DNA from: Octopus sinensis
Taxonomy: Eukaryota
DNA length: 64,000 nucleotides
Direction of reading: 5' to 3'
Assembly: GCF_006345805.1 (NCBI RefSeq)
Contig: NC_043002.1
Span: forward strand, 17,608,001-17,672,000
Of this stretch, positions 23,141 through 37,900 are shown one piece after another (the stretch's first letter is position 1; each line of letters opens with the position of its first letter). The position numbers and the translations under genes were made by a program. The notes under the pieces were generated by a model. It was not told where the DNA came from, made no database searches, and saw nothing but the letters and a program-made list of their open reading frames with translations.

Positions 23141-24329
23141 TATAATATCTATTTATTCAGACATTGTCCAAGGAGTCACCGTTTTTTCCCTAAATGATAG
23201 ACCATGGTGTGAGTTTCATTTCATTGATAATCATTGCTGCTATAATGAAAGAGAGAATACTCTCTCCTTTTTTCGGTTGTTTACACTTGTTCTACGAACG
23301 TGTTATTATTATAGAGTGAAAAGCAGATTTGTGAAATGAGATTGTTTATTTGTAACGTTAAGAGTTAGTGATTTCATATTCTCAGCATTAAATATCTGAA
23401 CGTTAAATTTGCCGTTTGGCGGATGATGTCTTCGAATTTAAACTTTTAGTGATTCCATGATGCAATGTACTTTTATTCATTGACTTGCATAGTAACACTT
23501 GAGTAAGTGCGGAGAAAGCTACAGCATTGCCAGTTAGATTAGGATACAAGATAAATATAAAAGCAGATGCCTTCGGTTATTGCTAGAAACATGAAATATA
23601 GTATATATCATAGACTAATACTATTATTTTTTTCTTATCCGGTTTACAGTCTTGATAAGCTTTTCCATCCTCTGTGCGTTAATTATTTTAACACTAACTC
23701 ACCAAACAGGCGAAACCATTTTATTTAGATTACATGAATTTAGAAAGTTAACATAACACAATGTTCATGATATGTTCAAACAGTGCGTATGATATCTTAC
23801 TGTATCTTCACTAACTGACCTGTTCGAGGTGTTGCACATAATATTTATTTATTTATGTTCATGGAAAAACTGCATCTGCTGGGATATATTTCAAGCTATC
23901 AGACGTTGTTTGGCAATTCAAAAATCTTTTAACACTGCTTGTTTAGAATAAAGAGTCTCACATTAGAATAATTCCATCATCTGTTGGACGAAGCCTGTTT
24001 TGTTGCCCAGGCTTGGTTTGTCTCCAAAAATCTATAAGCAGGGCCACACATTGTTTGATGGAGTTTTATATGTTATTATTAGCAGTCAGATTCGACTTCA
24101 AACTTTCATAGGTTCTATACAATCTTCAATAGGCTTGGTACCTACTGAACATAATACCCTCGTGTAATAGATGAAGCTAATATTTAACGTCCATATATAC
24201 ATTCATACATACATGTAAGTATATGTTGGGGTAAGCGCGTGTGTGTATGAGAGGGTATATTAATAAATATATACAAATATATGAGTATGAATATATACAC
24301 ATATATGGGCTCTTATATCAGTCAGTCAT

Positions 24330-25450
24330 TCCGGTTGTCAAACAGGGAAATAGACCAATGACCAATCACAGTCAACTATCGCCCATTATCAATCACCTCC
24401 CATATCATTAAAGTGTTTTAAAATGTGGTGAGATCAAGGTAGCTGGCTTCTTGGGGAGCCACGATGTCCTAAATTCAAACCAGGATGGCTTTGCTACAGC
24501 AGGGACTGTCTAAGGGCTTTTATACCATATCGATGGTGTAAAGCCTTGGGATTACGTTCAAAATCTGATGTGATATATCTTAACATCAGTAAAGCGTTCG
24601 ACAGAGACGACGACAATACCCTACTATCAAAATTGCCAAATGTTACAATCCGGTGAAAATTACTTCACTGGATTGAGTATTTCCTGGAAAATAGAACACA
24701 GCATGTTGTGATCTTGTGGAATGCAGTCAAGCCCAGAAAAAGTCACAAGTGATATCTCTCAGGTGTGTCTTTCGGCCCCGTTTATGTTTGTAGTCTACAT
24801 AAACGACATTTCAGAAAATACAGCAAAGTGAAAATATTCACTGATGAATCGAAACTCCAGAAGGTTATTATTGTAGAAGACAGACTATGCTAAAACAGCC
24901 ATACACTCTTCCTTCAGGGGAATCGCTCACAACATCTAATAATATCAGAGACCTAGGAGTAATTGTTGACAACAATCATAGCTGGAGTGCCCATACTACA
25001 ATAAGGTTGATATAGCTCGTAGGATGAGCACATTGATCTAAAGAACTTTCCTGTCTAGGGAACAAACTGTCAGCATTCCTCTTTTCTCCTTTGTACGGCC
25101 ACACCTTGAATAGTGTTGCTCTTTGTGGTCTCCCCAAACGAAACAAGACATTTCGAAAATTCTATCAATCCACAGAGCATTCACTGAAAGAATTAAGGAC
25201 ATGACTGATCTCGATTATTGAGACCACAACTCTATTTTCTCCTGCGTCACCGTGAGTGATATATCATTTATACGATGTGGAGATTATGCCACCAGCATTG
25301 CCTAAACGACCTCAACATTAGTTTCAAAATGCATCCAAGGCTAGAACCACGGAACATACGCCCCCTATCCAATTCAGGATCACAACTCATAGATACACTG
25401 CAACACATAAAACAGCTATTATGCTTCCTCCCCACAAACAAACACCACGT
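24330..25450 (+). mobile_element. CR1/Jockey-group LINE RT remnant (heavily degraded)
   Basis: NYRPLSITSHIIKVF, DVIYLNISKAFD, FTDESKL (FADD-like), IRDLGVIVDNNHSWSAH, FVRPHLE*CCSLWSP. Confidence 0.8.
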
Positions 25451-26309
25451 GGATTCTGTTGAGACTAGTAAGAAACAATTATGAACTTTTTTATTACACT
25501 TAACTTTTAAAAATATTTTTGATGAGGTTCGTTTTTTCAAGTAGAACCGAAACATGTAAAATTTCCAAGAAAATTAAAATTTATCTTATATAGTGGCATT
25601 TTCAAACTTGGGTTGATATAGCAACCTGTAAATAGTATGTTGTATTTTAGTTATCTCATTGCGATTATTGACGTATTATATATACACATTTCAGTGAGGA
25701 TTGCACATTCAATTTGTCTACATTGATTAAAATATAGTTTTCAGAATATACAATATGTACCCAGTACATATTGTGAGAGTTCATCCACTACCCTTATTAC
25801 TTCTTCAGTATATCCGAATTTGTGAAGAGGAGGTAACCTCCACACGGCAGCAACACTTCTCTCCCCTTAATGTCACACTGAGTGTTAAACTAATGGCAAA
25901 ACTTTTTTTATTTTGCTTTCTACGTTGATGATAACACATACACAAAACACTAAATATATGTAAGTGTATGTATATATATATATATATCTATTAATTTATG
26001 CATACATACAAAAGCATAGACATATATTTATACATACATATGCACAGTACTCACATGTATATGTTGGTAGCATTTTATCGACTGTATTTTATAGCTACAC
26101 AAATTCTAAAAACACAGAAGAAATACCTAGACACGCCTCCATACAAATATATAACAAAATCACAGAAAATCATTGTCTGGTGGGATTCAAAGTACGCACA
26201 TACACACATATATGTATGTACGTACGCCTGTATACGTGTGAGGTGCTATATGTATAACCATATGTATATATACATACGTGTGTATATATCAATGGATATA
26301 TAAATACGT

Positions 26310-26567
<258 letters not shown>

Positions 26568-29319
26568 ATAATTGGTAGTGTTGTCATGATACTTGTGTCG
26601 ATACTTCCATCGGCTAACAAAACAAGTTCGCATTAATAAAAACAGGTTGTAATTTTGTTTCGGCGCAAATACGGCTTCCAAGGTGTTTTTGAGCATAAAC
26701 ATGTCTTATTCTATTTTTATAATGTCATAACTGGCTAATTCGACAAATAACTTCAAAAGGCTGCAGAAATATAATACTCGCTTAGAAATATTCTTAGATA
26801 ACCTGTTTTTTTGTTTATTATCATTATTATTATTATATATTACATTCCCGCTTTTGAGATTAATATTTGAAATCAATAACACGACTTCGTACAACAACTT
26901 GTAATTCTAGTTTTGTTGAAAACATATCAATGTGCTAAGTTTTTACTTTCTTTTATTTAGCGCTGTATAAAGAGAATTAAAATTTCTGTAGAACTACGAT
27001 CGTTATCTGATATCGATATTCAGTTGAGATCAATTTCATTTCGGTTATTTGCACTATGTCTATCCTAAAAAATGAACTTATTAGTCACGTAGGTTCTAAT
27101 CTATAATCATACGCCTTCCAAACATCGCCATACTTATTTCTTACAAAACATTGTCCTATTTAACTTCATTTGATACTATGGGGCATCACCTGAGTATCAA
27201 AGTGATGTAGTTATTTTTATTTAGCAAGGCAAAATTCTGCTATGATGAATGTATCTCAACTACATTCCCATGAAAGTGAGAACCATATTTATTTCTCCCA
27301 TCATACGAAAGATCGTGTTAAGATCTTCCTGCTTAGTTTAATGAGACGTTGAATCAAAATCAAGATCTATATATGATAAGGATAGTATAATTGTCTAAAG
27401 AATCGATCAACGCATTATACATAGTCAGCATATGCTCCTGAAAACATTTCTGCTAAATCTGTTAGAAAAGGAAGAAAGCATTGAATATGATCGTCAAAAC
27501 AATCGATGATCCTTATTTCAACATGTCTGAATTAAATTAATTATTTCTTTTCTCCTTTTCCTTTTATGTCTAGCAAGGTAAGGTATCTTGCTAATTCATG
27601 TTGGTAGCTATGAAATCGATTTCTTTTCATAGATATATAATATGTGTTATTGGGAAAATTCCGAGAATTAGAACAATTTGGTTTTTGTAAAAGAAGTACA
27701 GTTCCTTGTACCAAATCTAAATATTGATACATTTCATCGTACTAAAATGCAAATCGGCTATTTACAGACTTTCGATCATTTTTCGCTTTGCACATCTACT
27801 CCCAGTTCAATAAAAGACTTAATATACAATGTATTGAAGTCTTTATCATTAATCGATTAAAATCATTAAAGGCGGTATGTCGATGGATAGAATACAAAGG
27901 AAGAAAAGCGTAACACTTTTAAAAAACGACAAAAGAATTTAATCTATAAATAATAAAACATCATATAGCTGATAAATTGTGAACATTCTAAACAAGATCT
28001 ATAACCATCATACTTTTAGGTTTAATGGTACTTGACGTACAATGAGCAATACTACATTGCCTTTACTTAAGTAAAACCTTGCATTATTATATTCATGTTA
28101 CACAACGCCTTATCGATCCTGGGTTGTCTAGGTAATTGCACAGTATTGGTTTCATATAGGGACATCCATAGTTAATCTCAAAATATATCATTGCTATTAT
28201 GCAAAAGTGTCGTAAGTCCAAAGCGATGCTTTTCTTTTCAGAAAACGAAAAAATAGTTTCACCATTCCATAGTATGCCCGTTGTACTACACTTTGACAAT
28301 TTTTGATATCTTAGCATCTGAAGCAGCTGGAGAAACGATAGTTCGACAAAAAAAAAACGGCTATTACAAGCAAATATAAATAAAATCTTTCTTCTATAAC
28401 GCAACTGTGTAACCCAAATTAAATGCAATTCGAAAATCAAACGCAACGCGAAAATATATCATCTAAAATTAAGCAATTAGAAAGCAAACATATGATTTAA
28501 AGTAAATTAACTTACATTTCCTCCATCACGCTCATCTTAGATAAAAGTACACACACACATAAATAAAAATATACACAAACAGATTACGTAGCTGTAGAAG
28601 TACATATTTACACGTAGCTAAATTATGTTTCTATGTATATGTCCGTATGGGAAAACAAATGTATATTTTTATTACAGAAAGTAATATTGCATTAGAATAT
28701 GCACCAGTAATTAGTTTACCACGTACACTGTAGCTTAATAATTTTAAGATGTATTTAAATTGAATTTTGCATGATATATCATGAGAAATTGGTAACAAAG
28801 ATAGGAATATAAAGAAAGTGAAACCTGATTATCAAGAATACATAAACAGCCAAACACCTCCGCAAAAAAAGAAAAGAATTAAAACAAGCTTTGTAAAAGA
28901 AAATACATGTAATAGATTTTAGAAAAGAAACAATCCGAAGGCATTCTTTTAATCTGATTTCCTGATTGACATTCTTTTAAAAGTGAATTGAGTACCGCAT
29001 GCCGTCGGTTTAAAATATAAACTTAATAAGATTTTATCATCAGATTTCATCTATATATATAAAATAAAACACGTTTGAAAAGATTTGCAAGAAATTCTAT
29101 AATTTATTTTCATCAATAATAACTGTAAAGTTTTACTTGAACATATAATTCATATAATAGAACATAATAAAATGTGTGTTTACACAAATGCACACATACG
29201 TATAGGATGATAATATCTAGAATTTTCTTCTGAATGCCACCATCATTACCAAGCATTTTTATATTTCCATGTGTATAAATACATATGAATATATATGCAT
29301 ATATACCTATGTATTTATA

Positions 29320-29321
29320 TG

Positions 29322-29404
<83 letters not shown>

Positions 29405-29480
29405 TATATACATATATATGTGTGTGTGTCTGTATAATATATATATATATATATATAATATATATATATACATATATAGA
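29320..29480. repeat. (TA)n microsatellite
   Basis: Direct reading. Confidence 0.97.
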
Positions 29481-29491
29481 TGTATGAATAT

Positions 29492-29700
29492 ACTAGCTGA
29501 CACAGCCGGTAATTCCCGTGAAAACGGAGCTTATCCCTTGGTTCCGTTCTCATAATTGTTTCGTTAATCCAACAGTTGTTAGCTAATTGCTCCTACATCG
29601 TTTTATCGAGTTTGATGAAACTTGACACGTGCGTATATCGCATTTCTGGAAGCCTCATGGCATACTCAGAGTATAAACCGAACGATTAAGTTAAAATAAT
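29492..29700 (-). mobile_element. Possible non-autonomous Helitron 3' end
   Basis: Minus strand ends with a decayed GC hairpin (cacgggaattaccgg) followed about 9 nt later by CTAGT next to T. Confidence 0.35.
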
Positions 29701-29949
29701 CACACACTGCTGTTTTTTGTCGAGTATATTACACTGGTCAACACACTTTTTCTGATGTCGGCTTTGTGGTTGGTTTTAGTTAATTTTGAAATTCTGATTT
29801 CAAATAAGGCATCCATTGTTTCCTAACACATCAGGTTTTCCTTCTAAAGCATACCCCTATTTGATAAGTTACTGTATAAATAATTTACTTGGTCAGGATA
29901 GTTTACTAAATCTTATAGCTTCAAACCATAATTTATAATGTCAATAGAA

Positions 29950-31460
29950 TATGAAATGTAAAATAGCATCACCTTTTATTAACTACATGCTGTTAACGTT
30001 CTAATATGATAGACAAAAGACAAACCATCGTATTTATAGCTTCATATTCATGGAACAAATTTCTGCTTGCGAGGGTATATGGAGTATTTCATGTCTACAC
30101 AGTCTTTTTGAATATTCTAACAGTACTTTGCCATCAAGTGTGTGTTCCATCGGCCTTTATATCTCTCCTCCATAACCTTGATTGCTTCATGAAAATGCTC
30201 ACCATGCTCGTCGCTCACGTCTCCGAGATTAGCAGAAAATTCATCGAAGATGGCTGTTGAGAAACTGAAGATTTATGCTCATGTTGCAGGCTAAAAGATG
30301 GGAGCTATCAAGTAATGTCTCCACCAAATCCCTGTAGTTTGCAGCCCTTTCACTCTCCCCAAAGTCCTTTCGCAACAGTCACAAATAAATTCCAAACTCT
30401 TTTTTCTCTGTTAGCCATGATACTCGAGATATTCTGTCATTTCGTTAACTTTCTGATTTGTGGCCCATCAAAAACACCTAGCCGATATTTTATTATAACG
30501 TAGGCCAGCAAATGTTGTACACAAGGATTTGAAACAGTTACCCTCCACATTAAGAGCTTTGACAGGTTACTTCATCAGTCTTAGTTTAATATGAAGGGGT
30601 GCAAAGATGATTTTTCCTCGCTCAACCAGTGGTTGGTGTATGATATTCTTCCTCCCCAACAGTCAAACATTTCCTAACTGGGCAGAGCTTCTGTTTTCAA
30701 TGCTTGTCTCTCGCTTGCCTATCCCATAAATACAGGAAACACTGATATTTTGTATACCCCCCCCCCTTGTTAGCCAAGTAAAAATTTGACCATTTTTATA
30801 TCCACACATATGACCCATTTTTGTTTATCATATGTGACCCATTTTTGTAAATCTAATACAAGTTTCATGTAATCATAATTATTTTTTAAGTGTACAGAGG
30901 GACCAATAGCAACGCACCATATATGTTTCCATTATAGACTAATACACATTTTAGACCCTTCTTCGAACTACGTATAAAGAATCTCCATTCATTAGGATCA
31001 TACAGTTCAACACATTTACTTCACATATATCAGCACTTTCATCTTGCAGTGAAGGCAGATCCTTGAAAACAGGTACTGGTTTCCATCTGAGTGAAGCACT
31101 GGATGAATTGCTAAATCCAGATATGGGTAACGTATTTTCTATCAGGTTCACTTCCTATAACCAGACGTCATTGCGTGACAAAATTTGCAATCGTGGACAT
31201 GGTTCTTTGGCTCCAGCCATATCATAGGAATGTCAGATGTTAGTTGTTTCCTTGCGCTCTTTGTTCATAGGTTTTACATACATTTGGCGGGCCCACGATT
31301 TATCTTGATCACCAAATTTAATCTTAATGTAAACTAAGCAGGATCTTTTCACAATGTCAGTAACCTTCATTCTTTGACATGGTACTGTAAAATTCCCACA
31401 TACATAACAAAACAGTCAAGGGAATTCAAACTTTTCAAACATGGAGCTACGGGTGGGACC
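29950..31460 (-). mobile_element. DNA transposon transposase remnant, Chapaev3-like (CMC group)
   Basis: Collinear motifs CGNFTV...GDQDKSWARQIC, PMIWLEPKNHVHDCKFC, YTKYQCFLYLWD, PLHIKLRLMK, GVFDGPQIRKL, CNMSINLQFLNSHL, NLGDVSDEHGEHFH..IKVMEERY. The family assignment is from recall. Confidence 0.7.
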
Positions 31461-32584
31461 TTACGTGCTTAGTCCATAGAAAAAATAGATGTGATTAAAA
31501 CAATAACAAAAAACCTACTATTGCCATTTTTAATCTCACTGACTCCAAATTATCCCAAAACCGGTCTCAAACTTAGGTCAGCAGAAAAAAGTTAGAATTC
31601 GTCGGAGAGTGTAATTAATGAAACTTATAACCAAACAATTGCTACAGTAATTGTCTTGTCAATCAATCAATTGGTTAATTTCGTTGCAGTCTTTGATTTG
31701 TCAAGGATATGTCCTCTTTACTGCACATCTGAGAACTCTAGTAATGATGGTAGCCATCAAATGATTATTCAAGCAGTCATTACTTCATTTAGTCTGGAAA
31801 TGGTGTGTCTTGAAAAGTACAAAACAAATGTAATTGGTTATATTGTTTCCCTAATTACCTATGTAACTGCGAATGTCAGTCCTTTTCTCAGCTGCACATA
31901 TAGTACTGCTTTTAGAACCCTCAATGTATAGTATGATAAGGAAAAGGATTTTACTCTTTATTTCCCTCTCTGTACTCAGCATTTTTATCGTTCCTTATGT
32001 AATTCTGTATCATTAACACGTCATTCTTCCATGTGCCTGTTAAACATGATGTGTGAGGAAATAAAGCTGTTTATATTTGTGCTCCAGATTACCAATAAAA
32101 GGTTTCCCTTCCATGGTGTAGATTAGATTCTAGTTTATCTAACATCATGTGTGTGTTGTATAGCTAGTCGTATTTTCATGTAATAGTTTCTTTCTTTGTG
32201 AAGGTTGCTCAATTAGGAAACTCGTGTAATATTTCGCCTTTCATATTTTCGGTACAGATTTGTGTTGAAGATGATTTGGTTTCAATGATTAATGTAGAAT
32301 TTTCTCTAATAATATTACCAGTAAATATTGTTAGATTGTGTGGCAAGAAATCTATTCAGAAAAATACAAATAAAATGTGGACCAGATACTTGTGTGTGTA
32401 TAGGTATTTGTAATGCCAGATATCACAGAACAATAACAGATATTTCTGTCTTAGTTTCCATGCTATAAACTTTTCTTCGGTAATCTAAATCTTTTTCGAT
32501 GAATGGGATCGGTAAGAGAACTCATACTTTCTTATCTCTTTTGAAGTCAAACTAATAATTAGTTCTTTGACGTCAAATTTGTTG

Positions 32585-33113
<529 letters not shown>

Positions 33114-33766
33114 GCACATTTCAATTTTGCAGAAAAGAATGACAAACTATATACAAATAATCGTAATTTTAACAAATAACAACAACATTAACAACAGAGC
33201 GAACGTGTTTTCCCATCTTTGAACACAGCCTATGATTACAATTAAACTACATTCGTTTGAAGCTTTGAACATCTACAATGTTCTGGACGTACACTATATC
33301 CATAATTCTAAATATTCTATGTTGAATACACGATGATTTTTCTCCTTCAAATCACAAAGATAAAAATATTAACCTACCCAATTTTATACTACTACAAATT
33401 TCACAATAATCTTTGAAACTAACTGCAAACAAAGAATGGGAAGACAACCAACCAACACGTAGCAATTATATATTTATTTGTGAATAAATACAACTTGGTC
33501 AAACACACACCACTAAACGTCGAGTGTGATAAATGAAAGAAATATATACGTCAGTAATTCGTTGGTATGAGTTTTAAAGAATATTCTTCAAAGTTACGAT
33601 GCATAATGTTAACAATGGAATTGTAAGTTCTAAATTGAAATAGAGAGGAGCTGAAATGATATAGAGTATTACTTCTAGATATCAAAGTGTCTTATCACCT
33701 TTTAAAATGTCTGCCAATATAACTAATAAATTTCGTTCAGCACCAACCACAAACAATCTACCACTA

Positions 33767-33792
33767 TGGCAACTGCTGCTACTGTTGCTGCA

Positions 33793-33839
<47 letters not shown>

Positions 33840-33841
33840 AC

Positions 33842-33873
<32 letters not shown>

Positions 33874-33897
33874 TCCACCACCACCACCACCACCACC

Positions 33898-33928
<31 letters not shown>

Positions 33929-34001
33929 ATACTACTACTACTACAACTACTACTGCTACTGCTGCTGCTGTTGCTGCTATTACTAATACTAATGCCACTA
34001 A

Positions 34002-34034
<33 letters not shown>

Positions 34035-34050
34035 GACGACGACGACGACT
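33767..34050. repeat. (CTA)n/(CCA)n/(CTG)n trinucleotide array
   Basis: Direct reading. Confidence 0.97.
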
Positions 34051-34359
34051 AATTAAATGAGAAATTAAAAAGAAAATCAAGAGGCGAATACGCACAGTAT
34101 ATATTTTAACAAATGTATTTAGTATAGGCCTAACTACTTGACACAAGAAAACAAACAGGTCCTGGATTACTCCTGTCTACTCATCATTTGCCGGTCTACA
34201 TTCCATGTGCTTATCCTGGAAATTTTGTGATATTTTACGGGGATGAGGGAAGCTAGGTGATTTATATTTTGGAGATTGTTGTGGCAATTTATGTATTTTG
34301 TCTACTTTCTATATTCTTACTTTATACCGTCATGCATGTAAAAAAAACGTGCCTATGTG

Positions 34360-34622
34360 CCTACCCATCTACCTACCTACAGACATACCTAGCTACATAG
34401 CTACCTACCTACTCACCTACCTACCTGTCTGCCTACTTACCTACCTACTTACCTAACTACCTACATACCTACCTACCTACCTACCTACCTACCTACCTAC
34501 CTACCTACCTACTTACCTAACTACCTACATACCTACCTACCTACCTATCTAACTACCTACGTACCTACATACATACCTACATACCTACCGATCTACCAAC
34601 CTACCTATCTGCCTACCTACCT
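34360..34622. repeat. (CCTA)n tetranucleotide array
   Basis: Direct reading. Confidence 0.95.
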
Positions 34623-34655
34623 TGATACACTCATACATATATTGAGTGTTTGTAC

Positions 34656-34698
<43 letters not shown>

Positions 34699-34744
34699 GT
34701 GTGTGTGTGTGTGTGTGTGTGCGTGTGTGTGTGTGTGTGTGTGT

Positions 34745-34880
34745 ACAGTTTCTCTCTACTAAATCCAGTCATATGGCTTGGTCGGCCCGTGTCTATAGTA
34801 GAAGATATTTGCCCAAGGTACACCGCAGTGGGACTGAACCCGATAACGTGTGGTTGGTATGCAAGCTACTTACCCCACTA
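34745..34880 (-). mobile_element. SINE family B, 5' half
   Basis: ggtcggcccgtgtctatagtagaaga...gcagtgggactgaacccg...gcaagctacttacc. Confidence 0.85.
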
Positions 34881-34920
34881 TATATGTGTACATGCATACA
34901 TACATACATACATACATACA

Positions 34921-34954
<34 letters not shown>

Positions 34955-37900
34955 CAGAGAGAGAGACAGAGACACAGAGTGATAGAAAAAGAGAGAACGT
35001 TAACAGCCACTTATTGCATTGCCCTCATTAGAGATTCAATTTTACCTTTTAGACGAGGGTTTTATACTAGCAGCGCTCATACATAACTTTCTTCTGAAGT
35101 TACTACCCTACATACATTCTTAGATGTCACAAATTCATATCATGTGTAACTTATCAAACGAAACCATATTACTGAAATATTTGAATTAATCGTAAATATG
35201 TACGAATTCAACACGAGCTATGTTATGAAAAGGCGTTTCCTTACGTCTTTGAATCTCATCTTTCAATTAACGATTCTTTTATCAGAGATAAAATAGGCGA
35301 TATTGATGCTTGAAGTATATCGGTAATTATTCTGGTATTCATGATGATGCCAGATCCAATTTTCTGTATTTTGTTGAACGTATTTTGAGATTATGTGCAG
35401 AAAGATTGTCTCAGAGCTTGTTGTATGTGTGTATATATGTATGAATATATGTGTATTTAGACGTATATATACGTAAGTGTATTAAGTGTAATACCCTCTC
35501 TCTAGGTTTCGATTTGAGTGTAAACCAAATTCCAAATTCAGGTGCATGTACAGAATGTCATTGCTGACAGATTTCTGACCAAATATCACTTGTATGAATC
35601 CCATTACTGTAACCCGTTCACAAGTAGCGGTTATCATGTTCGCTTAGGAAATTCGTTTAAACGATCTAGCATAAAATAGTGAGAGAATAAATTAAAGTAC
35701 ATTCAAATCGCACTCGTGTTCGGCAAATAAAATATCCACAAATAAATATGTATGCATGTCTGTATGTATGCATTTATGTACGTATGTATGTATGTATGTA
35801 TGAATGCATGTATAATATATGATCAGAATAAAAATAACGTGTAATAAACGAATTTGACCGGAAGATACAGTGTTTTAATAAATAGAGAGGTGAAAGTATT
35901 GTGAATGGAGTCGTTTTGAGGAATTGCGTGTGACAGTTTGTACATGACATAGGTATGCAATAGGTCTATAGTTTTCAGTCATCTCAGAGTTTCACTCTTG
36001 GCTATAAGATTCGTCCGAGCTAAAAAAAAAAGCTTTGTAAGGTAGTCTGTGCATTCCATATTTCTCTTGAATGTATTTATTAGTGGTCTCTTTAAAAGGT
36101 CAGCCCCTTCAACCATAATCCAGCAATTTAGGACTCTTCCAGATGCCTTCTGATTATACATTTTACAGCTTTGGTTGGAGTTGCGTATGAATTGTGTCCA
36201 TGTTAAATGTTTATGTTTGTATTGTAATTAGCTACGATGCGTTATGGAGGAAATATCACTTTTCAAAACAAATCTTAGAAATAGGGCTTCTTGAAAATAG
36301 GGCTTTTTAGTAATAGTGGTTTTCTTCCTCATCATCCAATGTAATCATGCTTGTGGCTTAGGAGTATTCGTTTGATTTATAATAGCTCCCTCAAACATTT
36401 TTAGGAGAATCAAGTTTATCGCTTGGTTTCCAGAGTATGAGCTTTGCAGTAATTAGATTTATCATAAGAGCTTGACATGAAGAGCCCCGTTAGAACTTTG
36501 TCACTTCTTTCATAAGATGCATTTAATGAGGTGTAAACTCATCATTATTGCATTTAATTAACGATATTCGATATAGCGGCAGAGATTGCTGATATTTTCT
36601 TCAAGTCCTTTCCCTAGCTTTCTTCCGTTTTGTCATTTCATTACAACGCATACTGCAGATTTGTATAGGCATTAAGGTATATACTGGCAAGGAATCATGA
36701 CTTCATGTATTCTCCAGCAATATCACCGATTACTTTCAACAAGAGAGCGACTGGCTTTTCCTTTAATCGTGTTAAGACTGGCCTGTCTCTCAAAGACAGT
36801 TTACAAAATGTAGAAAAATCTTTTTTTCTTTCTTTATGAACTGTGGCCTCAAAAACTTCCTAAGTTGGATATATTCCACAACCGTATCTGTAGAATCAGT
36901 TACATATGATTATATATGAGAGTTTAGTGATGGCAGCCGCTGTTTGTTTACATTATTTTCAATCTCTCTTATGAGAGATTTTGGCCGGTTCTCAGTGTTT
37001 TCAGTAATCGATTAGCATCTGGAGAATATGCCATTTTCCACATCAAAGAAGGTAGTTGCCAAAGTTTGATGTAAATTATTTAAGTTTGGTTGAGTTTCAT
37101 CCCAGTATTTTAACCGCTTTACACAGCATCTCAAAGGGTAACATAGCACACTAGTGAGAAGAGTATTTACATCGTTTTAAATTGATTATAAGTGTCGGAG
37201 TCTGCGTTAGTTTTAATATTGCTGTCGCTTTTTGAAACATTCATGATCATAATAATGAAATTCCACGTTGTGTAAGATATATTTTCTACTCCGTAATGAA
37301 TTCCGCTATGTTGGCAAGTAGATGCGTTTCTCTTATTTATAATAGAAGAAATACACCAGAAACTGAATTAGGCTGGGGGAAACCATTCATTGCAGAAGAA
37401 TACGTCCAAAATGGCATTCTAAATGGTGCTTTAGGTCTGCAAGTCCGATCTGACTGCGGCATGGGAAATGTATATATGACGTGTGTATACACACTCACTC
37501 AAACACACATTATATAAGCAGATAAAGGTTTTAACGGTGATGATACAACATGACCTGAGGGGAAAGATTAAATCAAATAAATTAAAGTAATAATAAACTT
37601 TAATATCCTAAGAAATTAGTTCGTTTCAAACTTATTCTTTTCATGTTGTTTCATTCTTTGTTTTAAATACATTTTCGAATGCAAAGAAGAAATGGAATAT
37701 CTGGCTTATAAGCTAGAGGCATGAATATTGTCCAAGTCATACTTCAGGTTTTACTACAGAAGTTGTTCGCTGCTTATCGACAGCAATTTTGTGAAATTGC
37801 TTAAGTTTTACCAAACTTTGTAGACTATAAACATAGATAACTTCATTACATGGTATAGATTTATTCACAAAAGATAATACAAAATTACATGTCTTTCAGT

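Noticed and set aside
24841-24860. CTGATGA..GAAAC hammerhead-like words
   Set aside because: There is no room for stem II and no stem I. It is the codon string FTDESKL of the CR1-like RT.
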